A stretch of 64,000 bases of DNA. Source: Minisyncoccia bacterium (GTDB taxonomy: Bacteria > Patescibacteriota > Minisyncoccia > Phycocordibacterales > Phycocordibacteraceae). The stretch spans positions 13,530 to 77,529 of the forward strand of contig JBBQZW010000001.1 of NCBI GenBank assembly GCA_038207395.1, read 5' to 3'. A program made the position numbers and the translations under genes. Under the pieces are notes generated by a model. The model did no database searches and had not been told where the DNA came from. It saw nothing but the letters and a program-made list of their open reading frames with translations. Below, piece after piece: positions 17,510 through 29,453 of the stretch; the stretch's first letter is position 1; every line of letters begins with the position of its first letter.

Positions 17510-20425
17510 TTACGGAATTAAGTTTAGAATCTTACCCGCTCTATAGATAACGCGGCTGGGAGTACCTGTTGGAAATGCCTTTGCTACGTTTGGTTCAGAG
17601 AGTGCAGCTTTGACCGCTTCTTCCTCAGTCGCTGAGGGTGAAATCTGTATTTCTCCTTTCCGTTTCCCTGCTATTTGCACTCCTATAATCACAGCATCTT
17701 CCGTGAGAAGGGTCTCATCAAAGGAAGGCCAGGGAAGTTGGTGGATACTTTGCTCTGAAGGAAGTGCCCCTTCGTTAACTGAAATTTGCGCGTACATATG
17801 TTCGGTAAGATGCGGCGCAAATGGAGAAAGTAGCGTTAAGAAAGTACCAAAGCCGTCATGCGAAATATGGTCTTGGGTTTCGAGCGCATTAACAAGAATC
17901 ATAAGCGCAGAAACTGCAGTATTCAATTTAAAACGCTCTATATCTGCTGACATTTTTATCGTCGCCTTAGCAAGCGCTTTTTGTTCAGCTTCTGTGGCTG
18001 GAGCATCACTAGTTTTTGTACGAAGTGCGTAGCATCGATCAAGGAAACGGCGCATCGCCTCTATGCCTTCTGGTTTCCAAGGATAGTTACCCGGTTCGTT
18101 ATACGAACCAATAAAGGAAAGGTACATGCGTACCGCATCAGCACCATACTTTGCCACCACTTCATCAGGATTAATAACGTTTCCTTTTGATTTCGACATC
18201 TTTTGTCCGTCAGGACCTATGATAAGTCCGCGGTTGTATCGCTCGTAAAACGGTTCAGCGGTTGGAACAAGCGCAAGATCGTACATTGCCTTGTAGAAGA
18301 ACCGTGAATACAAAAGGTGCAGAGTCGTGTGCTCCGCTCCGCCTGAATACCGATTAACAGGAAGCCAGTTTTTCATCACCTCAGTGCTTGAAAATTGTTT
18401 TTCATCATGAGGCGCAAGATACCGCATGAAGTACCATGAAGAATCTACGAAGGTATCAAGTGTGTCACACTCAGGTGTCCAGCCTTCGCCAAATATTCCG
18501 GTAACGCGGTCTTTGAGTTCTTTGCTTGTTGCGAGCGGAGATACCCCTGATGGGGTGAAATCTACGTCAGTGGGCAAAAGCCAAGGTAGGTGTTCGCTTG
18601 GTACCAGGTGCGCCTTCCCTTCCGGGTCATAGACAACAGGTATCGGACAGCCCCAGTACCGCTGACGCGAAACTAACCAGTCGCGAAGACGATAGTTCGT
18701 CGTACGTTCACCACCTGCAGCGTCTGTGATGTCTGCCATTGCCTCCTGACTTTCTCTATTGGAATACTCTCCGGAATTAATGAGCGTGCCTGCGTCCGTA
18801 TAAACATAGTGGTCAGAAAAGATTTGCTCAACGGCATACTGATGAGTGCGTGCGGTGAGCTGCTTGCGTAATTCTTCTTTGGATAACCACACAATCTCGT
18901 GCCGTACTTCCTCTTCTGGAGCCACTGCGTCACGCATGTCGCTCGTTAGCTCCATACGTAAAATATGTCCGTGGGTTAGACGGTTTTGCTCTTTAGGAAC
19001 GTGATAAAACAAGCCATCAACAATTCCGTATGACTCAACTACACGTGCATCGGTATATCCTGTTTCTTCTCGTAATTCACGAAGTGCTGTTTCTGCCGCA
19101 GAATCATCACCTTCCATACCACCGGTGAGGAGGGTGGTCCAGCCAACATTTTTCCACTTTAAAGCAAGATATTTTTCTTCCGACCAGTGTCTTATGAGCG
19201 CTATAACTCCATCAGTAATGGTGACTGGTTCGTCTGATTTAAATGCTCCGGGTTCTTCCGTTTGTACGAGGCGGGGTGCAACAACTTGAACGATAGGGAG
19301 CTCAAACTTTGTTGCAAATTCAAAGTCACGCTCGTCATGTGCAGGAACGGCCATAACCGCACCTGTTCCGTATGAGCCCAGTACATAGTCAGCGACAAAG
19401 ACCGGAATTTCCTCTCTTGTAAGCGGATGAATGGCCATGATGCCTGTAAGTTGTACCCCTGTTTTTTCTTTATTCTCCATGCGCTCCCGCTCTGTTTTCT
19501 TCTTCGCTTCTTCTACGTATGCACGAACTGCAGCTTCGTTTGAGAGCACATCATGCTCACCATCGAGCGCAGCGAGTACCCAGGGATGTTCCGGAGCCAG
19601 CACAAGATAGGTTGCCCCAAAAAGAGTATCGGGCCGCGTGGTAAATACAGCGACTTGGGCGGGGTTGCCGTCAACGTCACGCCACTCAGAATCTTCAGGG
19701 TGTTTTTTAAATGAGAGTGCAAAGGCCAGCTTCGCTCCCTCTGACTTTCCAATCCATTCGCGCTGCGCGCTCTTTATATCTTCGCGCCAAGGAAGTCCTT
19801 CAAGATCTGTGAGAAGTCGTTCTGCATACTTCGTAATAGAAAGAAACCATTGCGTAAGAATACGTTCTTCCACCTCGTGACCACAGCGCTCACAGGTACC
19901 GTTAATAACTTGCTCGTTAGCAAGTACGGTTTGATCATTCGGACACCACTTAACAGCAGCTTCCTTACGCTCTGCAAGCTGATGTTCAAAAAGTCGCGAG
20001 AAAAGCCACTGTGTCCATTTATAGTATTCAGGCGAGCAGGTCGCTACCTCCTTACTCCAATCAAACGAGGCACCCATTGTCCGTACCTGTGCCCGCATCG
20101 TGTCCATGTTTTCATACGTCCACTTTCTAGGATCAAGTCCACGTTTTATAGCGGCGTTCTCGGCAGGAAGTCCGAAGGCATCAAACCCAAAGGGGTAGAG
20201 AACATTTTTACCTTGCATTCGCTTGAAGCGCGCAAAAATATCGGTGATGGCAAAGGCATACCAATGGCCCACATGAAGATCGCCGGATGGGTACGGAAAT
20301 TCAATTAACAGGTAGTACGGATCTTTTGACTGATCAGATAAATCGACCTCATATATTTTTTCTTCATCCCATTTCTTCTGAGCCCATGGCTCTATTTCAG
20401 AGTGATTGTAGAATTCTTTTGCCAT
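17510..20425 (-). CDS. leuS: Leucine--tRNA ligase with an inserted NUDIX domain
   Basis: HVGH, FTTRPDTL, GTGAVMAVPAHD, KMSKS; NUDIX box GGMEGDD...RELREETGY. Confidence 0.95.
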   Translation of the reverse strand: MAKEFYNHSEIEPWAQKKWDEEKIYEVDLSDQSKDPYYLLIEFPYPSGDLHVGHWYAFAITDIFARFKRMQGKNVLYPFGFDAFGLPAENAAIKRGLDPRKWTYENMDTMRAQVRTMGASFDWSKEVATCSPEYYKWTQWLFSRLFEHQLAERKEAAVKWCPNDQTVLANEQVINGTCERCGHEVEERILTQWFLSITKYAERLLTDLEGLPWREDIKSAQREWIGKSEGAKLAFALSFKKHPEDSEWRDVDGNPAQVAVFTTRPDTLFGATYLVLAPEHPWVLAALDGEHDVLSNEAAVRAYVEEAKKKTERERMENKEKTGVQLTGIMAIHPLTREEIPVFVADYVLGSYGTGAVMAVPAHDERDFEFATKFELPIVQVVAPRLVQTEEPGAFKSDEPVTITDGVIALIRHWSEEKYLALKWKNVGWTTLLTGGMEGDDSAAETALRELREETGYTDARVVESYGIVDGLFYHVPKEQNRLTHGHILRMELTSDMRDAVAPEEEVRHEIVWLSKEELRKQLTARTHQYAVEQIFSDHYVYTDAGTLINSGEYSNRESQEAMADITDAAGGERTTNYRLRDWLVSRQRYWGCPIPVVYDPEGKAHLVPSEHLPWLLPTDVDFTPSGVSPLATSKELKDRVTGIFGEGWTPECDTLDTFVDSSWYFMRYLAPHDEKQFSSTEVMKNWLPVNRYSGGAEHTTLHLLYSRFFYKAMYDLALVPTAEPFYERYNRGLIIGPDGQKMSKSKGNVINPDEVVAKYGADAVRMYLSFIGSYNEPGNYPWKPEGIEAMRRFLDRCYALRTKTSDAPATEAEQKALAKATIKMSADIERFKLNTAVSALMILVNALETQDHISHDGFGTFLTLLSPFAPHLTEHMYAQISVNEGALPSEQSIHQLPWPSFDETLLTEDAVIIGVQIAGKRKGEIQISPSATEEEAVKAALSEPNVAKAFPTGTPSRVIYRAGKILNLIP

Positions 20426-20445
20426 ATATATGGGCTAGGCTTGCA

Positions 20446-21432
20446 CTAGTAGACTGGCTTTGGCACTGAAGCTGGGATAGCTGGGTAGAGCGCAGGGTCA
20501 ATGTAGTTACTAAAGCATGTGCGTCCCATCTGATGATTCCAAATATTGTTTACCCCACGCCCAGGAGGAACGGCTGCTCCATATCCGGTACCATTCCCAT
20601 CTAGTGCAAACGTTGCACAGAGCTCAAACCCTACTTTCCCATCTGAAGACTTTGCCAGTCCTTTATATTCATACGCCGCTTCTGTTTTAGGGTCTCCAGG
20701 AACCTGGTACCCAGTGAAGCTATTGTTGAGTGCGCTTAGGGACGAAGGCAGTATCTGCTTCACCTGCCAGTACGAAAGTATCTCAGACTGTATTCTTTGC
20801 AGGTCTTCAACACGCTGAGTGTCAAAGCGTACGTCACGTGCATGAGCTGGAGTACCGATGATTAGGAAGCCCCCAATAACCGTCATGATTGCGAGTGCAC
20901 CTACGGCCGCCCCAACAATGTTTACCTTCCGACGATGCAGTGTCCAGTATCCTTTTAGATCAGCAAGGAAGTGCAGGATAACGAGCACGGCCATAAGTAG
21001 AACGATAAGCGCCTTAAGCGTAAAGCGAATGGTGATATCGCCGCCGAAGAATGCGGAAAGGAGGGTGATGAGGTCAATCACCGCCGTCGCTGACGCAAGG
21101 AAAATAGTAAACACGAGCGCCCATCTGCGCACCCAGATATTTGCCTTCCCTGGTTCGCGCACGATGTCACGACGAATGGTGAGAAGGAGGCCAAGCATTG
21201 TAGGAATCAGCACGACGATGGTGGCCATTGCAACTCGTACTCCGGTACTATACGGGTCATATGAGTATGAAAGCGGATCAGGAAACGCGAAGTTTATATA
21301 CTGAAACAAAAGGGTGAAAAACGAGATAATCCCACCGTAGAGTGCAATAACAGCACCTGCCCAAAGAAAGAAATCCTTAGGAGTTGTCTTCGACGTCCTG
21401 GCTGCGTGATGACTTTCTGTAGTGTGTTCCAT
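20446..21432 (-). CDS. DUF5671-like membrane protein
   Basis: KDFFLWAG, FPDPL, several TMs, D..RV.DL..I. Confidence 0.7.
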   Translation of the reverse strand: MEHTTESHHAARTSKTTPKDFFLWAGAVIALYGGIISFFTLLFQYINFAFPDPLSYSYDPYSTGVRVAMATIVVLIPTMLGLLLTIRRDIVREPGKANIWVRRWALVFTIFLASATAVIDLITLLSAFFGGDITIRFTLKALIVLLMAVLVILHFLADLKGYWTLHRRKVNIVGAAVGALAIMTVIGGFLIIGTPAHARDVRFDTQRVEDLQRIQSEILSYWQVKQILPSSLSALNNSFTGYQVPGDPKTEAAYEYKGLAKSSDGKVGFELCATFALDGNGTGYGAAVPPGRGVNNIWNHQMGRTCFSNYIDPALYPAIPASVPKPVY

Positions 21433-21479
21433 ATGTGAAATTATACCACTTAAGCCTAATGGTGCAGGGTCAGCTGGTT

Positions 21480-22565
21480 TTAACTATGCAAAAAGACAGC
21501 AACGTCTCCATCCTGGAAGATGTAGGTTTTTCCCTCGGTACGAATATCGCCTTTATCACGCGCTGCGCTCCATGAGCCATCAGTAATAAGTTTTTCGCAG
21601 TTCACGACTTCAGCACGGATAAACTTATCCTTAAAGTCATTATGAATAACAGCTCCTGCTTCAGGTGCTGAAGCTCCTTGAGGAATGGTCCACGCACGGG
21701 TTTCTTTAGGTCCTGTCGTGAAGAACGTAATAAGTCCAAGCGTTTTGTATGCCGAACGAATAAGCTCGGTAAGACCATTTACTTCAACCCCAAGTTCCTG
21801 GCGGAACATATCTTTATCCTCGTCAGACACATCATTTAGTTCACGTTCCGTTCCAGCGTCCACGTGAACGTACTCAGATCCCATAGCGGTAATGAGTGCA
21901 TGCACTTTCTCAACACGTTCATCATTCACCGTTGACCCTGATTTACCATTAAGTGAGTACAGTATTGGTTTGAGCGTAAGGAGATTAAGCGATTTAATTA
22001 TAAATGCTTCCTCTGGTGTAAGGTCTGCGGTGCGCGCAAGCTTTCCCGCGCTCAGCACTGCCTCTACTTTCGTAAGAACGGCATCTTCAGCCACAGAATC
22101 CTTATTACCCTGCTTCACTTCGCGAACAAGTCTTTCACGACGATTCTGCACTGATTGCGCGTCAGCTAAGATGAGCTCAAGATTAATGACTTCAATGTCA
22201 CGAACGGGATCAACGTCGCCGTGCACATGCGTAATATCAGCGTCTTCAAAGAATCGAACCATATGAAGGATGGCATCCGTCTCACGAATGTTCGTAAGGA
22301 ACTTATTCCCGAGACCTTCTCCTTCTGAAGCTCCTTTAACAAGTCCTGCAATATCCACGAATTCAATGACTGCAGGTACCGTTTTTTCAGATTTTGAAAG
22401 AGAGGCCAGCTGATCCAAACGCTCATCAGGTACCGTAACGATACCAACTGACGGATCAATAGTTGCGAAGGGGTAGTTAGCGACGAGCACATCCGCTCGC
22501 GTGAGCGCATTAAACAGCGTTGATTTACCAACGTTCGGTAACCCTACAATTCCAATTTTAAGCAT
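21480..22565 (-). CDS. ychF: Redox-regulated ATPase YchF
   Basis: [36 protein letters not shown]. Confidence 0.96.
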   Translation of the reverse strand: MLKIGIVGLPNVGKSTLFNALTRADVLVANYPFATIDPSVGIVTVPDERLDQLASLSKSEKTVPAVIEFVDIAGLVKGASEGEGLGNKFLTNIRETDAILHMVRFFEDADITHVHGDVDPVRDIEVINLELILADAQSVQNRRERLVREVKQGNKDSVAEDAVLTKVEAVLSAGKLARTADLTPEEAFIIKSLNLLTLKPILYSLNGKSGSTVNDERVEKVHALITAMGSEYVHVDAGTERELNDVSDEDKDMFRQELGVEVNGLTELIRSAYKTLGLITFFTTGPKETRAWTIPQGASAPEAGAVIHNDFKDKFIRAEVVNCEKLITDGSWSAARDKGDIRTEGKTYIFQDGDVAVFLHS

Positions 22566-22580
22566 TGTCTAACTCTACGG

Positions 22581-23156
22581 TTATTTAGCGGTAGTCGCAA
22601 GTTTTGAAACCGTTCTCATCCATGCCGTCTTTTTTTCTTCAGGCATATGTTCAACGCGTCCAATCTCAGTAATACGGACTTTGTACCCTGAAAAGCCAAG
22701 GAGCGCTTTCCCTATTTCATTTTTAAAGTCACCAAAGAAGAACCGTTCGAGGAGTGGCCAGTTCTTTGACGTTATGATTACGCGCGCTGTCTTTCCTTTC
22801 ATTAGTTGATCCCACCCCATGCCATCTTTATGGAAGTGAAAGGCAAAGCCAGGAATAAACATACGATCCCACATTCCCTTAAGAAGCGCTGGCATACCGG
22901 CCCACCAAAGCGGATAGATAAGTACAAAGTGATCTGCCCACTTCATGTCTTCTTGCACCTTGAGAAGATCTGGTTCAAGTTCTTGTATTACTTTGTAACC
23001 CTTATGAAGGATAGGATCAAAATTTAAGTCTCCAAGATTAGTCTTGCGAACTTCGTATCCTGCTGTCATTGCTTCGTTCTGGTAGTGCGTTGCAATCTCG
23101 TTTCCGAGTGTGTCTTCAGAATCAGGATTCCCCATTAAGATAAATATTTTTTTCAT
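22581..23156 (-). CDS. NAD(P)H:quinone oxidoreductase (flavodoxin_2 family)
   Basis: FDPILH, YPLWWAGMPALLKGMWDR. Confidence 0.85.
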   Translation of the reverse strand: MKKIFILMGNPDSEDTLGNEIATHYQNEAMTAGYEVRKTNLGDLNFDPILHKGYKVIQELEPDLLKVQEDMKWADHFVLIYPLWWAGMPALLKGMWDRMFIPGFAFHFHKDGMGWDQLMKGKTARVIITSKNWPLLERFFFGDFKNEIGKALLGFSGYKVRITEIGRVEHMPEEKKTAWMRTVSKLATTAK

Positions 23157-23157
23157 G

Positions 23158-23388
23158 CTATTTCTGCATCAATCCTGAAAGCTCGGTGCGGTACTTCTTC
23201 ATAACATCCATAGTGGCTTTCATTTGGTTTTCGCCCCCTTTAGTGCGCTTTTCTACTTCTTCACCAATCTTTTTGAAGAGCTCAGGATCTTTTTGCACAA
23301 GCGCCATTATTTGCTCACGCTGCGCCTCTGGAACATCCTTCATCTTCCACTTCATTGCCTGTCCTAACAGAAAATTTTGTATACCCAT
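23158..23388 (-). CDS. Small hypothetical protein
   Basis: Helical 76-aa ORF abutting the downstream gene. Confidence 0.65.
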   Translation of the reverse strand: MGIQNFLLGQAMKWKMKDVPEAQREQIMALVQKDPELFKKIGEEVEKRTKGGENQMKATMDVMKKYRTELSGLMQK

Positions 23389-23438
23389 ATATCTACATAC
23401 TATCAAATACATCGCTATTCGAGAACAGGTATGAAAGT

Positions 23439-23461
23439 GCCCCGATGCTTTGCATCGGGGC
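23439..23461. terminator. Hairpin after the NYN gene
   Basis: GCCCCGATGC-ttt-GCATCGGGGC. Confidence 0.6.
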
Positions 23462-24030
23462 TATTCTCCAAGAGCTTTGAAGCCCTTTACTTTATCTAGA
23501 TAAAAGTATCCATTTGCTGCATCCTGGAGGTCTTGCGACATTCCTGAAAGCCAGCTGTAGACAATAAATTCGAGTTCGAGGTTAGACCCGTAGATCCCCC
23601 GTAGCTTTCGAATAGTTCGCAGATAGTCACTGTCTCCAGAGACAATCACAAAACGAACGCGCAGAGGATATTCTAACTTCCCTCCCTGAATTGAGTCTTG
23701 CTCATGCTGAGCAACGACGCCCCACATATCTTCAATGATTAGTGAGTCGATGTCGTCATTGGTTCGCACTTGCATATCAATAGCTTTGCCAAACGTACGG
23801 AATTGAACCTTATTGGAGGCAAGCAAGTCTTGACCCTCGTTCCAGTCCCTGACGTAGGCCGTAGCTCGGACGAGCGTTGTGCCGACAAGTATTTCGCTAG
23901 ACGCTATCGCTTGCGAGAGACGCTTCCAGTTAATGTCTTGCCATGCGTTTGAACGAACACCTTGAGCAATGTTAGGTACATCGATAAAGACAGCTGACGC
24001 TGGCTTTATATCGAATTCGATATCAGCCAT
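23461..24030 (-). CDS. NYN domain (PIN-like) protein
   Basis: VFIDVPNI, D..I..DM, IVSGDSDY. Confidence 0.8.
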   Translation of the reverse strand: MADIEFDIKPASAVFIDVPNIAQGVRSNAWQDINWKRLSQAIASSEILVGTTLVRATAYVRDWNEGQDLLASNKVQFRTFGKAIDMQVRTNDDIDSLIIEDMWGVVAQHEQDSIQGGKLEYPLRVRFVIVSGDSDYLRTIRKLRGIYGSNLELEFIVYSWLSGMSQDLQDAANGYFYLDKVKGFKALGE

Positions 24031-24102
24031 GTGCGGTCTCCCTCCTGCCAGAATAGCAGGTCTGGTACCACCATGACATTAGATACCTCTTACGTCAATA
24101 CT

Positions 24103-24351
24103 TTACAGGATAACGGTTGCTTGGTTGTTCGAAATTTCTAAAATTCCGGTGGTCAGTAGTTCGAATTCTGTCTTTGTCCCATCTTCTGTCTCAAACCGAA
24201 TCATTCCTTCCTTCAAGGGTGAAACAAGAGCCTCATGGTGCGCAAGAATCGTAAGTACACCGTCTGCGCCAGGAAGCGTTACGGAAACCGCTTCCCCATC
24301 AAAGATATTTTCTCCTACTTTTGCAATGGTTAGATGGAAGGTTTTTGCCAT
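24103..24351 (-). CDS. atpC: ATP synthase epsilon (N-terminal beta domain only)
   Basis: LPGADGVLTILAHH; last gene of the atp operon. Confidence 0.9.
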   Translation of the reverse strand: MAKTFHLTIAKVGENIFDGEAVSVTLPGADGVLTILAHHEALVSPLKEGMIRFETEDGTKTEFELLTTGILEISNNQATVIL

Positions 24352-24378
24352 AGTGTTGGGTTGCGTACGCGCTACCTA

Positions 24379-25782
<1,404 letters not shown>

Positions 25783-25789
25783 CTAAAAG

Positions 25790-26698
25790 CTATACGGATA
25801 ATGCCTCACGCCCGCTAATAATCTCTGACACTTCGCGGGTAATGGCTGCCTGACGAAGTTTGTTGTAGAGGCGCGTGAATTCCTTAGTGCGTTCTTTTGA
25901 CTTATCAGAAGCGTTCTTCATCGCTACCATACGCGCTGAGTGCTCTGAAGCCTTTGCCTCCAGAAGCATGAAGTAGAGAGAGACTGCCACGAGGCGGGGG
26001 ATGAGAAGCGTAAGGACTTCTTCTGCTGATGGCTCAATACTGTACGTTTCTGGTGCCTCAAGAGAAATAGTACTGCTCCACTTTCCACGAGCTGGGCGAA
26101 TGCCCGTCACTATCTCACTCACCGCTTCAAGAGAAAGGGGGAGAAGTGCACGGACGGTCGGTACCTGTTCGAAGGTAGACCGGAAGTCACTATAGGCCGC
26201 AAGCACTTCGTCGAATTCTCCGTTCAGGAACCCTTGAGAGAGCTGCTGCGAAAGTTCGTCCATCGTGTTTACGGGAATACTGTCTTCACGATTTTCCTTT
26301 GCCATTACCACGGCATATCCCCGGTTACGGAAGAATTCCTCTCCTTTCTTTCCAAAGGCAAAAACCTGGATGGAATCTAGTGGACGTCCTTCAACCGCTT
26401 TCTGCGCTGCGCGTATCACGCTTGAGTTAAGCGCGCCTGCAAGTCCTCGATCACTTGTAATAACGACAAGTGCAGTCTTCTTCACTTCACGCACCTGCGT
26501 AAGCGCGTGAGACTTCACATCAGCGCTTCCTGAAAGTCGAGCAAGGATAGAGAGTGCGGCACGCGCATAAGCGCGCCCCTGAAAGGCTGCCTGCTGCGTC
26601 TTACGCATCTTTGCCGCAGACACTGCCTCCATGGCACGAGTCACCGTGTTCATGCGCTGTGTCGCGAGAATCTTTGCTTTGATGTCTTTAAGTGCCAT
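25790..26698 (-). CDS. atpG: ATP synthase gamma
   Basis: TSDRGLAG, SEHSARMVAMKNA, RQAAITRE. Confidence 0.97.
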   Translation of the reverse strand: MALKDIKAKILATQRMNTVTRAMEAVSAAKMRKTQQAAFQGRAYARAALSILARLSGSADVKSHALTQVREVKKTALVVITSDRGLAGALNSSVIRAAQKAVEGRPLDSIQVFAFGKKGEEFFRNRGYAVVMAKENREDSIPVNTMDELSQQLSQGFLNGEFDEVLAAYSDFRSTFEQVPTVRALLPLSLEAVSEIVTGIRPARGKWSSTISLEAPETYSIEPSAEEVLTLLIPRLVAVSLYFMLLEAKASEHSARMVAMKNASDKSKERTKEFTRLYNKLRQAAITREVSEIISGREALSV

Positions 26699-26727
26699 GG
26701 ATTTATGGTGCGAATACTTTTCTGAGC

Positions 26728-28275
26728 TTACGCAGCGCGCTCGGTGAACTTCGTCAGAGCAGCGCGTAGTGCTGCTTCTGTCTCTTCACCAATGTCTTTG
26801 GTAGAGCGAATCAGCTCAAGTGCTTCCTTTCCTTCACGCTCTAAGAATTCCTGGAGCTTGTTCTGTGCAGAACGCGTATCTTCAGGTGCAAATGCATCGA
26901 AGAATCCGTTGATGGCGGCAAAGATAACGGCAACCTCAACTTCAAATGGAAGCGGCTTACCCTGTACCTGCGTTAACACCTCCGTCATACGGCGCCCAGA
27001 ATCAATTTGTGCCTTAGTATCAGCATCAAGATCAGAGGCAAACTGCATGAAGGCTTCAAGTTCACGGAACTGCGCAAGGGTGAGCTTAATTTTTCCAGAC
27101 ACTTTCTTCATAGCTTTTGTCTGTGCGGAAGATCCCACACGAGACACAGAGATACCCACATCAATAGCAGGACGTAGTCCTTTGTTGAAGAGATCTGCCT
27201 GAAGATAAATCTGTCCGTCAGTGATTGAAATCACGTTCGTAGGAATGTAGGCAGATACGTCACCTTCCTGCGTTTCAATGATTGGAAGCGCAGTTAATGA
27301 GCCTCCGCCCTTTTCCTTAGAAAGTTTTGCTGCTCGCTCAAGAAGGCGTGAGTGCAAATAGAAAATGTCTCCAGGATATGCCTCGCGTCCAGGAGGGCGG
27401 CGAAGGAGAAGTGACATCTGACGATACGCAACAGCCTGCTTTGAAAGGTCGTCATATACCACGAGCGCGTCACGTCCTGCGTCCATGAAGAATTCTCCGA
27501 TGGTGGCTCCCGCGAATGGCGCGAGGAACTGGAACGCGGCAGGGCTTGATGCTGGAGCCGTAACCACAATCGTGTAGTCCATTGCTCCTGCTGCAGTAAG
27601 TTCAGCCACGATACGTGCCGTCTTTGATTCCTTCTGACCGATAGCGACATAAATACAGATTGGACGAGTTTCTGCTGGTTCTGATTTCTGGTTGAGAATA
27701 GTATCAATGGCGATAGCTGTCTTTCCCGTACCACGGTCTCCAATGATGAGCTCACGCTGACCGCGACCAATCGGAATCATCGCGTCCACTGCCTTTACTC
27801 CGGTATGAAGAGGAACGTTCACTGGAGCACGGTCAATAACACCATACGCCTCACGCTCGATTGGCTTCAGCTCTACATCTTTGAGTGCTCCCTTATCGTC
27901 AACGGGTTCACCAAGCGGATTAAGTACGCGCCCTATCAAAGATTCACCTACGGGGATGGAAAGTAGGCGATTAAGGCGACGCACCTGCATTCCTTCAAAC
28001 ACATCACTGGCCTCTCCTAGAATAACGGCACGAACGCCATCTTCCTCAAGGTTAAGCACCAGACCGTACACAGACTTCGTATCCTTGAGCGCATCCTCAA
28101 GACTTCGGTCGAACGTAGGATCGAAAAGCACCATCTCTGACATCACTGCGCCATCGAGTCCGTCAATTTCTGCAATACCGTCTCCGGTCTCGCGAACAAT
28201 ACCAATGCTTTCATCTACTCCTGTGGGAGTAAAACCTGCAATTTGTTCTTCGATTCGTTTAATGATGCTTTCCAT
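26728..28275 (-). CDS. atpA: ATP synthase alpha
   Basis: GDRGTGKT, RRPPGREAYPGD. Confidence 0.98.
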   Translation of the reverse strand: MESIIKRIEEQIAGFTPTGVDESIGIVRETGDGIAEIDGLDGAVMSEMVLFDPTFDRSLEDALKDTKSVYGLVLNLEEDGVRAVILGEASDVFEGMQVRRLNRLLSIPVGESLIGRVLNPLGEPVDDKGALKDVELKPIEREAYGVIDRAPVNVPLHTGVKAVDAMIPIGRGQRELIIGDRGTGKTAIAIDTILNQKSEPAETRPICIYVAIGQKESKTARIVAELTAAGAMDYTIVVTAPASSPAAFQFLAPFAGATIGEFFMDAGRDALVVYDDLSKQAVAYRQMSLLLRRPPGREAYPGDIFYLHSRLLERAAKLSKEKGGGSLTALPIIETQEGDVSAYIPTNVISITDGQIYLQADLFNKGLRPAIDVGISVSRVGSSAQTKAMKKVSGKIKLTLAQFRELEAFMQFASDLDADTKAQIDSGRRMTEVLTQVQGKPLPFEVEVAVIFAAINGFFDAFAPEDTRSAQNKLQEFLEREGKEALELIRSTKDIGEETEAALRAALTKFTERAA

Positions 28276-28300
28276 ACGGGTGTGCGGTTACTAAATTTAA

Positions 28301-28672
28301 TTATGCGTGTGCAGTGATGCGCTTATAAAGGTCTAACAGAGCGCGCTTTCCTGAATGATCAATAATGCGGCTTCCAATACTTCCCCGCCATCCAGAAACA
28401 AGTTCTTTGTTAACAGTAGGGGATGCCGTAATGCCAAGTTCTTTTGCTTCCTTTGCAGCAGTGATCATTTCTGATTCACTCGCAACTTCAAGTGTTTGTG
28501 AGAGGACTCCAGCGCGCGCATCCAGCCGCTTCAGTTCTCGGAGAATTCGCGGCAAGAGTTTTAGTCGTCCGGTCTCGTGCAAATGCGCGATGAGCGTATC
28601 GACAAGCTTCTTGGGATCAGCTCCTTCTTTAGAGCCAAGTTCAAAAAGTGCTTTTGCGTACGTTTTTTCCAT
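28301..28672 (-). CDS. atpH: ATP synthase delta (short)
   Basis: YAKALF, position in the operon. Confidence 0.8.
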   Translation of the reverse strand: MEKTYAKALFELGSKEGADPKKLVDTLIAHLHETGRLKLLPRILRELKRLDARAGVLSQTLEVASESEMITAAKEAKELGITASPTVNKELVSGWRGSIGSRIIDHSGKRALLDLYKRITAHA

Positions 28673-28690
28673 ATGCGTTACAGTCTCAGT

Positions 28691-29137
28691 CTATGCGTTT
28701 TTACGCATAGCTTTTTCAGCAGCAAGAATTGCAAGACGCGCTACTTCCTTTTCGCTATCGCGCATCATGCGGTCGTGATCTTCCTGAGCACGCGCCTGTG
28801 CGTCGCGCTCAATACCTTCTGCGCGTGCCTGCGCTTCCTTCATCATACGGTCACGCTCACTTCCTGCCTCTTCACGGGCACGAGCCGTAATGCCTTCTGC
28901 TTCGGTTTCTGCGCCACGGGTTATGACACTAGCAGTAACACTGGCATCTTTAAGCGCAGCTTCTGCATCTCGAGCGTCTTCGACACCCTTCGCCACAATG
29001 AGTCTGCGCTCATCAAGTACTTTCATGACAGGGCGGTATAGAAAATACCAAAGAATCATGAAGAGTATCGCAAAGTTCACCAACTGAGCTATCAGCAGGT
29101 GTGACTCAATTCCGAAAGCTTCGAGTAGTGATCCCAT
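28691..29137 (-). CDS. atpF: ATP synthase b
   Basis: AQLVNFAIL...YRPV..VLDERR. Confidence 0.93.
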   Translation of the reverse strand: MGSLLEAFGIESHLLIAQLVNFAILFMILWYFLYRPVMKVLDERRLIVAKGVEDARDAEAALKDASVTASVITRGAETEAEGITARAREEAGSERDRMMKEAQARAEGIERDAQARAQEDHDRMMRDSEKEVARLAILAAEKAMRKNA

Positions 29138-29156
29138 ACCGTGAAGAGATTAGTCG

Positions 29157-29411
<255 letters not shown>

Positions 29412-29453
29412 TTAATACTGCTCCATCCCGGAGCCACACAGACTGACGAAGCA

